Source: Mobula hypostoma (Eukaryota). Taken from it: a DNA stretch of 64,000 nucleotides. The stretch spans positions 175,524,001 to 175,588,000 of the forward strand of contig NC_086097.1 in assembly GCF_963921235.1 (NCBI RefSeq). Reading direction: 5' to 3'. The first letter of the stretch is position 1. Every line of letters begins with the position of its first letter. The notes below the pieces were generated by a model. That model saw only the letters and a program-made list of their open reading frames with translations. It was not told the DNA's origin and did no database searches. This document shows, one piece after another, positions 1 through 11,900 of the stretch. The position numbers and the translations under genes are program-made.

Positions 1-1929
1 CCAACACCGAGTACTGAGCGCCATCTCTGTCTGAACGATTTGACCTCCTTCTCGGTCGCCAAAAGCAGGCAAGGCTGGGGATTTTGAGGCCTACCCTCCG
101 AAAGATTCACGACCACACAGTAATGACAGAAGCGAACGGACGTTTCAGAAATTTCTCCAGATGTTGCTCTGTGCTTTCATGTCTGTCTCCATCAAATCAG
201 AATTGTCCACGGCCCCTATTTAACAGATACGGTATCATTTATCACCAGAGGGCTGCGCACACGCAGGCGTGCCGCCGTCTTCTCCTCCCGCCTACTATTG
301 ATGCATTTAGAGAGAGTTGGAATAGTATGTATTGCAACAAGTATATAGACATGGAGTGAATTGCCTAAGTGGCTCCTGTGCTAGATTTTATGCAATTCTG
401 AGACTACTTTCTCTTAATATGCATCTAAGAGCAGAATAGGTGTGAAATGCTTCCTGTAGTTACAGGGGGGAAAAGTCCAGCCTACCAATCTCTCCCTAAT
501 TAGGTTCTCTAATCAGGACACCATCCTGGTGATTCTCTCCTCTCCAATGCAATCATGTCCTTCCTGCGGTGCGCCAATCAGAACTGCACACGTTCCTTCA
601 TGTGCAGTCTAACCAGTTTTATTTTGGGGTGACGCATTCTGTAGGCTGGGTTAGTTTCCCCAGAGCAAAGGAATGACTGGCCAGACCAGTATAAAATTGA
701 GGCATGTATACAATAGATACGAAGAAACTTCCCTCATTGTAGAGGGTCATCTAAAATGAGAGGCATTGATTTATAGTGAGGGAAGATGTTCAGAATGGAA
801 AGATTCTGACTGCTGCCATGGTAGGTAGAAGAGGTAGATAAAATCACAACATTTAAAAGGCATCTATGCAGACATTTGAATAACTATGGCATGGAAGGCT
901 GTAGTGGGCAAATGGGTGAGTATAGACAGGTATAGTTGGCATGCTGCACACGTGTGATTTTATGCTAAGCAGTTAACTGTTCAGGTCAGTGATCTTTCAT
1001 CAGGACTGAAGGTCATTTTCCAACTTGGATCTTCACACACTGACTGATTTTCCAGGTTATGATAAAAGATCATCAACCTTGAAACATGAGCTACTTTTTT
1101 CCCCTCTGTACAGATGCTTGATCTGAGGATTTGCTACATTTGCTGTTCAATAGAATATTTGATTTTATATGGAAGTTATTCAGTATTATTGCTCAAGTGT
1201 TCCATTTTCTATACATTTTTGTGCTGAGTAATTGGTGAAGGTGAAAAAAGTCATGTAAGTGGTATGAAGGATTGCCCTACTCGTCTAAAGAGCAGAATAT
1301 CGTAAGTTTAAAGTTTAAAATTCCAGGCAGCATGTAACTGAAGTACTGAAAACTATCGACTAAATGCTTAAATAGTGGTGATAATGTTGTTTTAAGCCTG
1401 TCTGTATGAAGTTATGCATATGCTGAACTCCTAGACCAGTTAATCACTTCCTGTCAATAAAATTAAATTTGTGGCTGTAGCCACACTGCAGAGGTACTCA
1501 ATGGCCAATGGTTGCAGTATCAGTGTGACTAATTCGACAGGCCAGTGTGAATATGTAATGTAAACCATAAATAACACCTTCAGGAGGTATCCAGCTGGCA
1601 TTATTTTTCTAATAGTTCATCAATATTTAATGGTGTTTCTAAATTCTATTCTTTTTAGCAACCACTCCCTGGTTTGAAGCCTACAGAGAATGCTTCTTCC
1701 AATCCATGCCTTCATCAGACCATGAGTTTCTACACCACTATTTGGCTTGTATCCTTTTTCTGAATTGTATGAATGTGGTCTGGACTGAATATGCTTATTC
1801 TGACAAGGTAAAATCAAAGTTCAAAGTACACTTATTATCAAAGTATGTATGAAATATATAGAACCCTGAGATCTGTCTCCTTACAGGCAGCCACATAACA
1901 AGAAACCTGAAAGAATCCATTTTTAAAAA

Positions 1930-2189
1930 GGAAAGGTATGTCGCATCCAGAGTTTCTCCAGTTAGTGGACGATATCCCTCCACGCCTCTCTGACGTAGTG
2001 GGGAATTGCGTACAAGGCAAGTTACAGCAGTGGTTTGCCATTGCCTTCTGCCGGGTGAGTTTCCAAAGAGATCACCAGCTCATAACCCAGCATGGATGGA
2101 AAGCGTGCAGGGGAGCCGGCTGGCTGCATTCGAACCCGGGACCTCTCGTCCTGAAGTCCGACACTGATGCCACTACGCCACCAGCCGGG
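1930..2189 (-). mobile_element. tRNA-derived SINE
   Basis: The minus strand has a Pol III A box (TGGCGTAGTGG) and B box (GGTTCGAATGC), followed by a body containing GAAGGCAATGGCAAACCAC. GC-rich relative to the flanks. Confidence 0.75.
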
Positions 2190-4123
2190 TCCGATTTGTA
2201 TATTTAAAAAAAAGACTAGTTAAACACCAAATGTGCAGAGATGGGGGTTGGGGGGGGGGAACAAATTGTGCAATCAATAAAAGCAAGCAACAACATTCAG
2301 AATGAAAGTGAGTCCATAAATACGAAGCCAAGAGCAGGTGGAGCAGGCCCACAGCCTCAGCTGCACAGCTGAGCTTGCAGACATGAAGCCTGGAGCAGGC
2401 CCAGAGTCTGATCCTCAGTCTCATGTTCTGAAATGATCAAATGGGTTTTCAAACTTTTGACCCTTGTGTATATGCATCATTTGGCATGTAAATGGCTGTG
2501 ATTAATCAAAGGAGCTGTGGGTTAAACAACAAATTAGGACCATATAGAACCTTTAATCTGATATAACCTCTCAAGTCTTCACAGAATGGTTAACAATAAA
2601 ACTTGCTGTCAAGAAACAAGAGGATAATAGGGTTGGTAATTGGCCTTTGTCATATCTGCTGAGGTACAGTTTAAAGACTGTTTTATATGCTATTCATACA
2701 GTTCATTTCATGATTAAGTGCATTAAGGTAATACAAAGAAAAAGACCAATAGAATGCAGATAAACAATTATTTAAAAAGTAATATTTTAAGGAACATGTT
2801 AACTTAGAGGGATAGGATGAAGAAGTTTATAGAGAGGCTTCAGGCAAATTAAGACATTGACTCATGGTGGAGCGATTGAAAATAGAGGATCTATAAGAGA
2901 CCAGAAATGGAGAAATACAAGGTTTTTAGATGGTTTTAGTGATGATGTAGAAATAGGGAAAGGCAAGGCCATAGGTGGCACTTGAGATGTTTAAAAAGAA
3001 ATGAGATTGTTATTGGATTATGAACCTCTAAATCAGCAAACACTGGAGTGACAAGTGAATGGGGATGTTAGCAGCCAGGGAGTTTTGGATGGCCAGTTTA
3101 AAAGGAGTGAGACCAGTACAGAGACAGTTGTATGACGGATGTGAGTTTCAGCAGATACTGAGCAGAGACGGAGTAAGTGGGGCAATATTATGGGTGTGTA
3201 GGTAGTGAGGAAATTGCCATTTGATCAAGATGAGTGGTGAGGTAAAGGTGATTAAATAAGACAGCAGGGTTATGGAATTCTGCTATTTAACTGGCTTAAA
3301 TGGAGGTTGGTGTCTTCAAGTTGGGCCATGGCAGAATGACCAACTTCACTTGAGAGCCACATGTGGCTTAACTGTGGCTGAAGTTCAGATTGCAGAATGA
3401 ATGCAAATAAAATAACTTCACAAACATATCCCTTTTGCAGATTTGAGTCTTATTTGTGTTCAGCTTGAAAGCATCTCCGAAAATGGTATGTATTTTACTG
3501 TGGAGTGAAGTTCCCAACATTCTCCACTACCCCCATTTTCTTAAATAAACATCAATCTTGTTGCACTTGAGAACATTATCCTTAACAGAAAACCACTCTG
3601 ATGCCACATGAAGTACGTTTTTTTTTAAAACCAGATTCCTGGCATGAATTACTGTAGTTTCAGACATTTTTCATTACGACTGAAATACTTGGTCATGTTA
3701 TTTATTAATATGTGTCATTTGGATTAAAGGATTGCTCCCGAGTCTTGGATCTTAATCTTGAGATATGCAATTAATAGGTATTGAAATTCTGACTGAAATT
3801 AAATCAGTTGGCATTTAACTTGGAAAATGGGAATCTGAGTGATTTCAAGGTTCGGATATGGATTGGGGGGTGGTGGTGGCACCATCTTTCTATAGAGATA
3901 GTCACCTTGAGGTGCTTGACCCCAGATGCAGCATTATGTATTACACTTGATTGTCATGGACTTTATAATCTAAGCCTTGAATTTTCTCAAGTTTCCTTAA
4001 GTTGATTTGTATGGGATCTTGTGATTAGTTGTACCAAAATGCTTGACAGTTAAAAGAAATGTTCTGAAGTACGGTCACTTTTGTAATACAGGAAATGAAA
4101 CATTCAGTTTGTGTAACAATTGT

Positions 4124-4450
4124 GGCAGCATGGTAACGTAGCGGTTAACATATAACACTTTACAGTGGCAGCAACTTGGGTTCAGTTCCTGTTGCTGTCT
4201 GTAAGGAGTTTGTATGTTCTCCCCAAGACCATGAGGGTTTCATCCAAGTGCTCTAGCTTCCTCCCATGTTCCAAAGGCTTGCGTGTTAGCAAGTTGCAGG
4301 CATCCTGTGTTGGTGCTGGAAGCATGGCCCCACTTGTGCTTTGCTCCCAGCACATCCTAAGGCTGGTCATTGATGCAAATGATGCATTTCACTGTGTTCC
4401 AATGTTTCAGTTCTCATGTGACAGATAAAAGCTAATCCTTAATCTTTAAC
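4124..4450 (+). mobile_element. V-SINE-like tRNA-derived SINE
   Basis: Degenerate tRNA head followed by the V-domain-like tgtaaggagtttgtatgttctcccc...gggtttc..c...gtgctc...ttcctccca. Confidence 0.7.
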
Positions 4451-5154
4451 AAGCTTGTACAAATGGCGATGGAATTATCATAGATAATGTTTTAATTGGG
4501 GATATTAGTTTATGGATAAATATTGGAGAGGACAATACTGTGAACTCCCTTACTTCTGAGAAACATTATCAAAGAATGTTTTGTACCCACCTGAGGGGGT
4601 GCCTGGAGGTTTGGTATGAAGTATTGATAGAAAATACTGTGAAATCATATTTGACACCAAACCCCTTTGGTAATGGGATCTCTGTTGTGAGTCCGTCACT
4701 TGATGCTCAATGTCATTAATACTGCCTTTGTTTTTTGAAAAAGCAGGAGTAAACCATTTGCTCTTTTACGCCATTTCTACAATGGAGTAAGATCAACCTT
4801 GATAATTTATCTCAGCACCACTTCTCTGTATGACCTGAGTATTCATTGATTACCATTTTAAGTGGCATCTTTGTCTTGGTTGAATTGAGTATTTGCTCTC
4901 TATGAGCAGGAATCTCAAACTGTGGAGAGAACAGGACTGTCCCATATCTGCTATGAATTAACCCTGAATTTGAACTTCGTTGTGAACTTCACTGCTTAGT
5001 GAACTGAAGATGTGTTTACTAAAGAAAAAATTACTGACTTATCAAATCGTATTATCAATAACTATTTTTGTATTTTGGCCTGAGATGTCCACCAAAGGCA
5101 CTTTTGAAATTAGAAATTGGGTTTGAATTGTATTTTCCTTAAGTGTACCTTCAG

Positions 5155-5329
5155 GCATGTTAGTGGTGTCATCAAGGGATTCTGATCCAGTAGAACAGTT
5201 TTTGAAGTTATCACAGGAGCAACATCGTATTCAGCACAGCAGTGATTACTCATATCCAAAGTGGTTTATTCCAAATACGTTGAAATACTACGTTTTACTG
5301 CATGATCTCAGTGAAGGAGAAGAAGAACG
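5155..5329 (+). CDS. TRAPPC8: TRAPPC8 internal coding exon (window exon 1 of 11)
   Basis: ttcag acceptor and gtaagc donor. Translates MLVVSSRDSDPVEQFLKLSQEQHRIQHSSDYSYPKWFIPNTLKYYVLLHDLSEGEEE(R), matching recalled vertebrate TRAPPC8 (PVEQF.KLSQEQHRIQH..DYSYPKWFIPNTLKYYVLLHD). Confidence 0.95.
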
Positions 5330-5463
5330 GTAAGCTTTTTAATCATTTGATCTTAGATAGAGCTTTGCAGAAATGGTGAACATTGTCTGCAGATTTCAAA
5401 TCAAAGATTATGTGCTCAAATTCAAAGGAAATGCTCAATCAGTTTGAGTTCAACTACTGTACT

Positions 5464-6250
5464 GAACAAGTGCTACACATGCCCTTACACTTCCTCCCTT
5501 ACCACCATTCAGGGCCCCAAACAGTCCTTCCAGGTGAGGCATCACTTCACCTGTGAGTCGACTGGGGTGATATACTGCGTCCGGTGCTCCCGATGTGGCC
5601 TTTTATATATTGGTGAGACCCGACGCAGACTGGGAGACTGCTTTGCTGAACATCTACGCTCTGTCCGCCAGAGAAAGCAGGATCTCCCAGTGGCCACACA
5701 TTTTAATTCCACATCCCATTCTCATTCTGACATGTCTATCCACGGCCTCCTCTACTGTAAAGATGAAGCCACACTCAGGTTGGAGGAACAACACCTTATA
5801 TTCCGTCTGGGTAGCCTCCAACCTGATGGCATGAACATTGACTTCTCTAACTTCCGCTAAGGCCCCACCTCCCCCTCGTACCCCATCTGTTACTCATTTT
5901 TATGCACACATTCTTTCTCTCACTCTCCTTTTTCTCCCTCTGTCCCTCTGAATATACCTCTTGCCCATCCTCTGGGTCACCCCCCCCTTGTCTTTCTTCC
6001 CGGACCTCCTGTCCCATGATCCTCTCGTATCCCCTTTTGCCTATCACCTGTCCAGCTCTCAGCTCTATCCCTCCCCCTCCTGTCTTCTCCTATCATTTTG
6101 CATCTCCCCCTCCCCCTCCAACTTTCAAATCCCTTACTCACTCTTCCTTCAGTTAGTCCTGACGAAGGGTCTCAGCCTGAAACATCGACTGCGCCTCTTC
6201 CTATAGATGCTACTTGGCCTGCTGCGTTCACCAGCAACTTTGATGTATGT
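5464..6250 (+). mobile_element. Penelope-like element, 5'-truncated (GIY-YIG endonuclease plus 3' terminal repeat)
   Basis: Open GIY-YIG domain (VIYCVRCSRCGLLYIGET...F.EH...VATHFN...QPDGMN) ending at 5860. A 9-bp direct repeat TACTGTACT lies at 5455-5463 and 6251-6259. Confidence 0.92.
6155..6190 (+). ncRNA. Minimal type I hammerhead ribozyme motif in the Penelope terminal repeat (possibly impaired)
   Basis: AGTC-CTGACGA-AGGGT-CTCA-GCCT-GAAAC-ATC-GACT: core CUGANGA and GAAA, stem II hairpin, and stem I AGTC/GACT flanking an NUC cleavage triplet. Confidence 0.7.
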
Positions 6251-6457
6251 TACTGTACTTTATTTAGAGCTTGGTACATGTGTAATTGGCTGTGCTGGAC
6301 ATGTAGTGTACAGATAAAGTGAATCTATCAGATATTTGGGCAGAGGCCATTGAGCAGCGGATCTGGCAGCACCTTTAGAGGGAAATAGAAAATTTTGGTG
6401 TTAGATCTGTTGGTTTTGATTAAAGAAAAAAATGGCTGGAGTCGCTTTCCACTTTAC

Positions 6458-8480
6458 TGTAAGGGTTATTGGGTGCATCAAAACTCAAACTTGCAAAAAT
6501 AGTGAAAAGAAAATTGCCAATATTTACAAAGATATCTACCAGATAACACAATAACACCTCCATACTATTTTTGTCCAATGTGACCTCTTGGCAGTCCGTC
6601 TCTCTGTGTGTCTCTTACTGAGAGCAGAGCCCCATTTATTAGGCACCAGGACGTACCATCTTTAATTACTCACAGTTAACCTAAGAGCTTAATTACAGTA
6701 TGCAAACAACATATACCCATTTACACATCTCCATTACTAAAGAAATGGAATATTCCACTGTACATGGAAAGAAAGGCACCATGAAGCCACCCCGAGTGCA
6801 TCAGCTCGGTTTAGGATCCATTATGAGAATACACCGGGGAAGACATTAAAGTGCTCACATTCAATGCAACAACGGTAGAAGACAAGGCAATATTTGTGTG
6901 TGTAAGGAGTGCTCTCCATCACATTACCACCCTCCTCTCCTTTGGCGATGATGCTCAGCAGCTAAGACAGGTTTCCTTTCCCTGCTTTATAATAGACAAA
7001 GAATTTGAAGGCTTGGAGCTCTAGGTACCACTGTGTCACTCTGGCATTGCAGTCCTTCATTGTTTGAATCTAGTCAGTGGTCTGTGTAAAGGTCAAACTC
7101 CCTGCTGAGAAGTTAGTACTAAATGCTGTCAAAGGCCCACTTAGTGGCCAGACACTCCTTTTCAATGGTGGAAAACCTGATTTCCCTTGGGAGGAGTTTT
7201 TGGGTCAGGTAAAGGACAGAGTTTTTTCTCCAGGTTCTCCTTGTGCCAGCACTGTTCATCCACCTGGATAAGGAACTGTTTGTCAAAGTTTGGACTCTGA
7301 AGGATGGGTGAAGAACACGTGAATTTTAAGGGCTTAAAGCATTTTCACACACCCTTGAGTTGCTTACAGGCTTTCCCAATAAGATTAGTCAGAGTGGTGA
7401 GTTGGAGAATGAACCTGTGATACCTCCCTACCAGACCTAGGAACAACTTCACTTCCTTCTTAGTGTGAGGTTAAAGACTGTTTGTGGATCGCTTCCACTT
7501 TGTCTATTTGTGCTGAAACCTCTCCATGTCCCAGCTGGTAGTCAAGGTATCTGGTCTCCCTTTGAGCCCACTCATTATTTTTGTAGAGTGAGGGTGAGAC
7601 TGGCAGTATGAATATTCCCAAGGATCCTGTTCAGATGGTCCAAGTGCTCTGACCACGGCTGGCTGTAGACGACCACATCATCTAGATATACTGCACTGCA
7701 GTCCTCACGGCCCTGGTGTACACAGTCCTTCAACTGCTGGAAGGTTGCTGGTGCACCGTGAAAACCAAAGGCCGTCACAGTGAACTGAACTAGACTCAGG
7801 CATGTGGAAGGCAGTGAAGGGTTTTGATTGGTCATCTAGGGGAACCTTCCAGTAGCCATTACAAAGGTCCAGTGTAGTAATATAGTTTGCCTGTCCAATC
7901 CTCCTTGGGGACAATAACAATAGTATTGCTCCACTCACTCACTATTTAAAGGCTGACACCCAGCTCCAGCATGGTCCGAATTTCATCTCTCAGGGCCCCC
8001 ACAAGTTATTCTGGTTCTCTGTAGCAGTGTTGGCATACTCAACCCTGGTCAGGTCTGATCCTGATGGAATATTTTAAGACCTTTATAAAGCCCTGGTGTA
8101 TGCTGGAACAGCTGAGGAAAGTCAGCAAACACCTTTTGGTTTTGGTTTTAGCATGAGTCATGCCTATATATGAAACAACATTCCTGGATTAATGGATGAA
8201 TGTGATTGGCTATTTCCTTTCCTCTGTAACTCATGTAACAAAGGCAAATCTCTCCCCAGAATCATGTCAACTTTGTTTCTCCAACACCCCTACTTTCATC
8301 AGATACTTGTCATCCCGGTCAATTGAGAGTTCTGCCTGTGGCCCACACTTCTAGTCACCATGGATACATTGCACAGATGTTTGGTGACTGTAGTCAACAT
8401 CAAAGGCAGGTGACTTTTCATAATAAGTGACAGTGAGCTGCCGGAATCTAAAAGAACTTTAACAGGTTTTCCGTTAACCT
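6458..8480 (-). mobile_element. Decayed, internally deleted Gypsy (Gmr1-like) LTR retrotransposon with candidate 3' LTR at about 6458-6929
   Basis: RT motifs LDLCNGYWKVPL, FG..GAPATFQ and YLDDVVVYS on the minus strand. The RNase H end (NARVTQWYLELQAFKF..YKAGKGN) is followed by a purine tract and a TG...CA-bounded segment. Confidence 0.8.
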
Positions 8481-8726
8481 TGACAGTTTCCCTCCATTGA
8501 TGCAGCCTGATCCGCTGAGTTCCTCCAGCAGGTTATGTTTGTTGCTCCACATTCCAGCAGCTCCAGTGTGTTATGTCTCCTTTATGAACTTGCAAGATAG
8601 TGTCTGGCTCTGCCCTTCCCCATTTTGGTAGTCAAAGAATTTTGAACAGTGTTTCTCACCAGAATAGATAGGTGTTTCACATTACCTACCTCAGCCAGTC
8701 AGCCTCAGCAAATGCGGAATGGTTTA

Positions 8727-9865
8727 CATAGAGCATAGAACAATGCAGCACAGTACAGGTCCTTCAGCCCACAATGTTGTGCCGACCCTTAAACCCTGCC
8801 TCCCATATAACCCCCCACCTTAAATTCCTCCATATACCTGTCAAGTAGTCTCTTAAATTTCACTAGTGTATCTGCCTCCACCACTGACTCAGGCAGTGCA
8901 TTCCACACACCAACCACTCTCTGAGTTTAAAAAAAAAACCTTCCTCTAATTTCCCCCTTGAACTTCCCACCCCTTACCTTAAAGCTTTGTCCTCTTGTAT
9001 TGAGCAGTGGTGCCCTGGGGAAGAGGCGCTGGCTGTCCACTCTATCTATTCCTCTTAATATCTTGTATACCTCTGTCATGTCTCCTCTCATCCTCCTCCT
9101 CTCCAAAGAGTAAAGCCCTAGCTCCCTTAATCTCTGATCATAATGCATACTCTCTAAGCCAGGCAGCATCCTGGTAAATCTCCTCTGTACCCTTTCCAGT
9201 GCTTCCACATCCTTTCTATAGTGAGGCGACCAGAACTGGACACAGTTCTCCAAGTGTGGCCTAACCAGAGTTTTATAGAGCTGCATCATTGCCCCGAGAC
9301 TCTGAAACTCTATCCCTCGACTTATGAAGGCTAACACTCCATAAGCTTTCTTACCTACCCTATCCACCTGTGAGGCAACTTTCAGGGATCTGTGGACATG
9401 TATCCCCAGATCCATGTGCTCCTCCACACTGCCAAGTATCCTACCATTTACTTTGTACTCTGCCTTGGAGTTTGTCCATCCAAAGTGTACCACCTCACAC
9501 TTCTCCGGGTTGAACTCTATCTGCCACTTCTCAGCCCACTTCTACCTCCTATCAATGTCTCTCTGCAATCTTCGACAATCCTCTACACCATCCACAGCAC
9601 CACCAATATTTGTGTTGTCTGCAAACTTGCCAACCCACCCTTCTACCCCCACATCCAGGTCGTTAATAAAAATCACGTAAAGTAGAGGTCCCAGAACCGA
9701 TCCTTGTGGGACACCACTAGTCACAACCCTCCAATCCAAATGTACTCCCTCCACCACGACCCTTTGCTTTCTGTAGGCAAGCCAATTCTGAATCCATGTG
9801 GCCAAATTTTCCTGGATCCCATGCCTTCTGACTTTCTGAATAAGCTTACTGTGTGGAACCTTGTT
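8727..9865 (-). mobile_element. CR1 LINE, 5'-truncated (RT C-terminus and 3' UTR)
   Basis: ORFs 9542-9871 ([17 protein letters not shown]) and 8927-9493 (LYKTLVRPHLE.CVQFWSPH), with a CR1-type tail. Confidence 0.93.
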
Positions 9866-11358
9866 TTGCACATTGAATAAGGTTTCTACAAAGACAGTTC
9901 ATTCCCTTCATTAGTGGTAATGATGGGGCGAAGGGGGATGTGAAAGCAGAAGAGAAATATTGCATAGTACTAGCAGAATTTTAAAAAGTGTACCATACTT
10001 AAAAACCCAAACCCCTTGCTGTGTTTCTGCATTAAAATCTTTTTCTTCACGTTTTATATTGAGAGTGATGAGAAGGATGCTGAGTTAAACTTTCTTCAAT
10101 TTTATGATTAAATGAAGAAGGAGACATTGCACCACATAAGCCTTTTTCTACATTTGTGATATTATAGAAAAAAGGAGTCTTCGTGCTTATAAAGATGATG
10201 TAACTATAATTTTACATAAGTACTTTACTCTCTGCATTCAAACAGTTTCTAAATTAGTGATACTAAAACACAGTCCTGAGACAGATTTCAATAAACGTTG
10301 AAATGGAAATTAATTGTACCTGGTGTTCCAGTACATGAAATTGTATATTTTGATTGAAACAATAAGGGGGTAGCTTATTTAAAAAATAGATCTCGGGGAA
10401 CAAAGATCTGGAGAAGAAATAACAAATCACACAAGAAAGTAAAGCACAATGAAAAGCAAACCAAACCCTTGGGATTATTTTGAAGATTGGAATTTGAAAA
10501 GTAACTTGCACCAAGGTCTGCATTGACTCTATGTAGACCACACATCTGGTCACCATATTATAAAAAGGATATGGAATCATTGGAGAGGATGCAGTGAAGA
10601 ATTCAGTACGATACCAAAAATGCATAACTGCTCAAAAAAAAAGTTTTTTTTTCTTAGAACAAGGAAAGATTTGATAAGTTGATGTTATAATGATATTGCC
10701 AATAATGAGTGCAAAACAAAATCATGGCCAACAATGTAAGATGATCACCAAGAGATTAGGGGAGAAAAGTGAAAAGAAAGAATGACAGGAATATGGAGTT
10801 TACTAACACAGCACATTTTGGTTGGAAGAACAGTAGGTAACAAACTCCATTCAAATAAGGGGAGACTGGACAAGCATGTTAAGAAGGGAATAGAGAATAA
10901 TGCTGATAGAAATTTGTCCTTATCTAAATCTTCACATAAAGGATTCCAAAGACTGTCCATCCTTTATCTGGAACAATACAAAATGTTTGAGGAACTTAAC
11001 AGGTCAGGCACCGTCTATAGAGTAAATGAACAGTTGACGCTTTATGTCGAGGCTTTCCATCAGGACTGGAAACTGAGGGCATAAGCCAAAATTAAGGGTT
11101 CAGACCTTTGCCTTTTCCACCTATCACCTCCCAGCCTCTCATCTTGTTCCCATTCTTCACTCCCCTTTCTATCTACCTTTTCCCTCCGACTTCACCTCAA
11201 CTCACCAATCACCTATCGACTTGTACTCCATTTCTCCCCCACCTTTTTATTCTGGCTTTCTCCTCACCTTAGATGCAAGTCGTTTTGTACTTCTACCCTG
11301 GGAGAAAGGGTTGACAGTCAAAGTCTGTCAATGCTTTATTTTATAAACTTTTATATTT

Positions 11359-11569
11359 TGTAACGCCAGAAATTGAAAGATGACTACAGGAGAGTTGGGG
11401 ATAACCCGTGTCTTAGTTTTATTTTACTTCTAGCGAGGCGCATGTATTTGATGACATGTGCCATTCGTACATATAACCCATAATGAATTATGTAAACAAA
11501 GAATGCCTAATCAAACTATACACATATAAAATATTACTTAAATATTACTGAATTATTACATACACAACA
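11359..11569. mobile_element. Possible short solo LTR
   Basis: About 210 bp bounded by TGTAAC...CAACA between CR1 fragments; no target-site duplication seen. Confidence 0.35.
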
Positions 11570-11900
11570 AATAACATAAGACAAAGGAGCAGAATTAGGC
11601 CATTTGCCATTCTATCATGGCTAATTTATTTTCCCTCTCAATCCAAGACTTGGCATCCACTGCCACATGAGGCAATGAATTCCACCTATTCCCTACCCTT
11701 TGGCTAAAGGAATTCCTTCTCATCTCTGTTCTAAAGGGATGTCTGTCTATTGGGTCTTCCCTTAGCCTCTGATGATCCAGAGGAAACAACCCAAGTTTTT
11801 ATATCCTCTCTTTGGAGCTCATATCTTCTAATCTAAGCAGCATCTTGGTGAATCTCTTCACTCTTTCCAAAGTTTCCACATCCTTTCTGTATTACAGCAA
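11570..11900 (-). mobile_element. CR1 LINE 3' fragment(s)
   Basis: ORF 11595-11789 (FRTEMRRNSFSQRVGNRWNSLP) matches the CR1 ORF2 C-terminus. Confidence 0.8.

Noticed and set aside
1..292. GC/CpG-rich segment and ORF 84-359
   Set aside because: It looks like the end of a repeat cut by the window edge. There is no recognisable protein motif, so I could not classify it.
2130..2189. Functional tRNA gene
   Set aside because: A and B boxes are present, but the sequence continues into a SINE body, and I could not see a convincing acceptor stem or a Pol III terminator.
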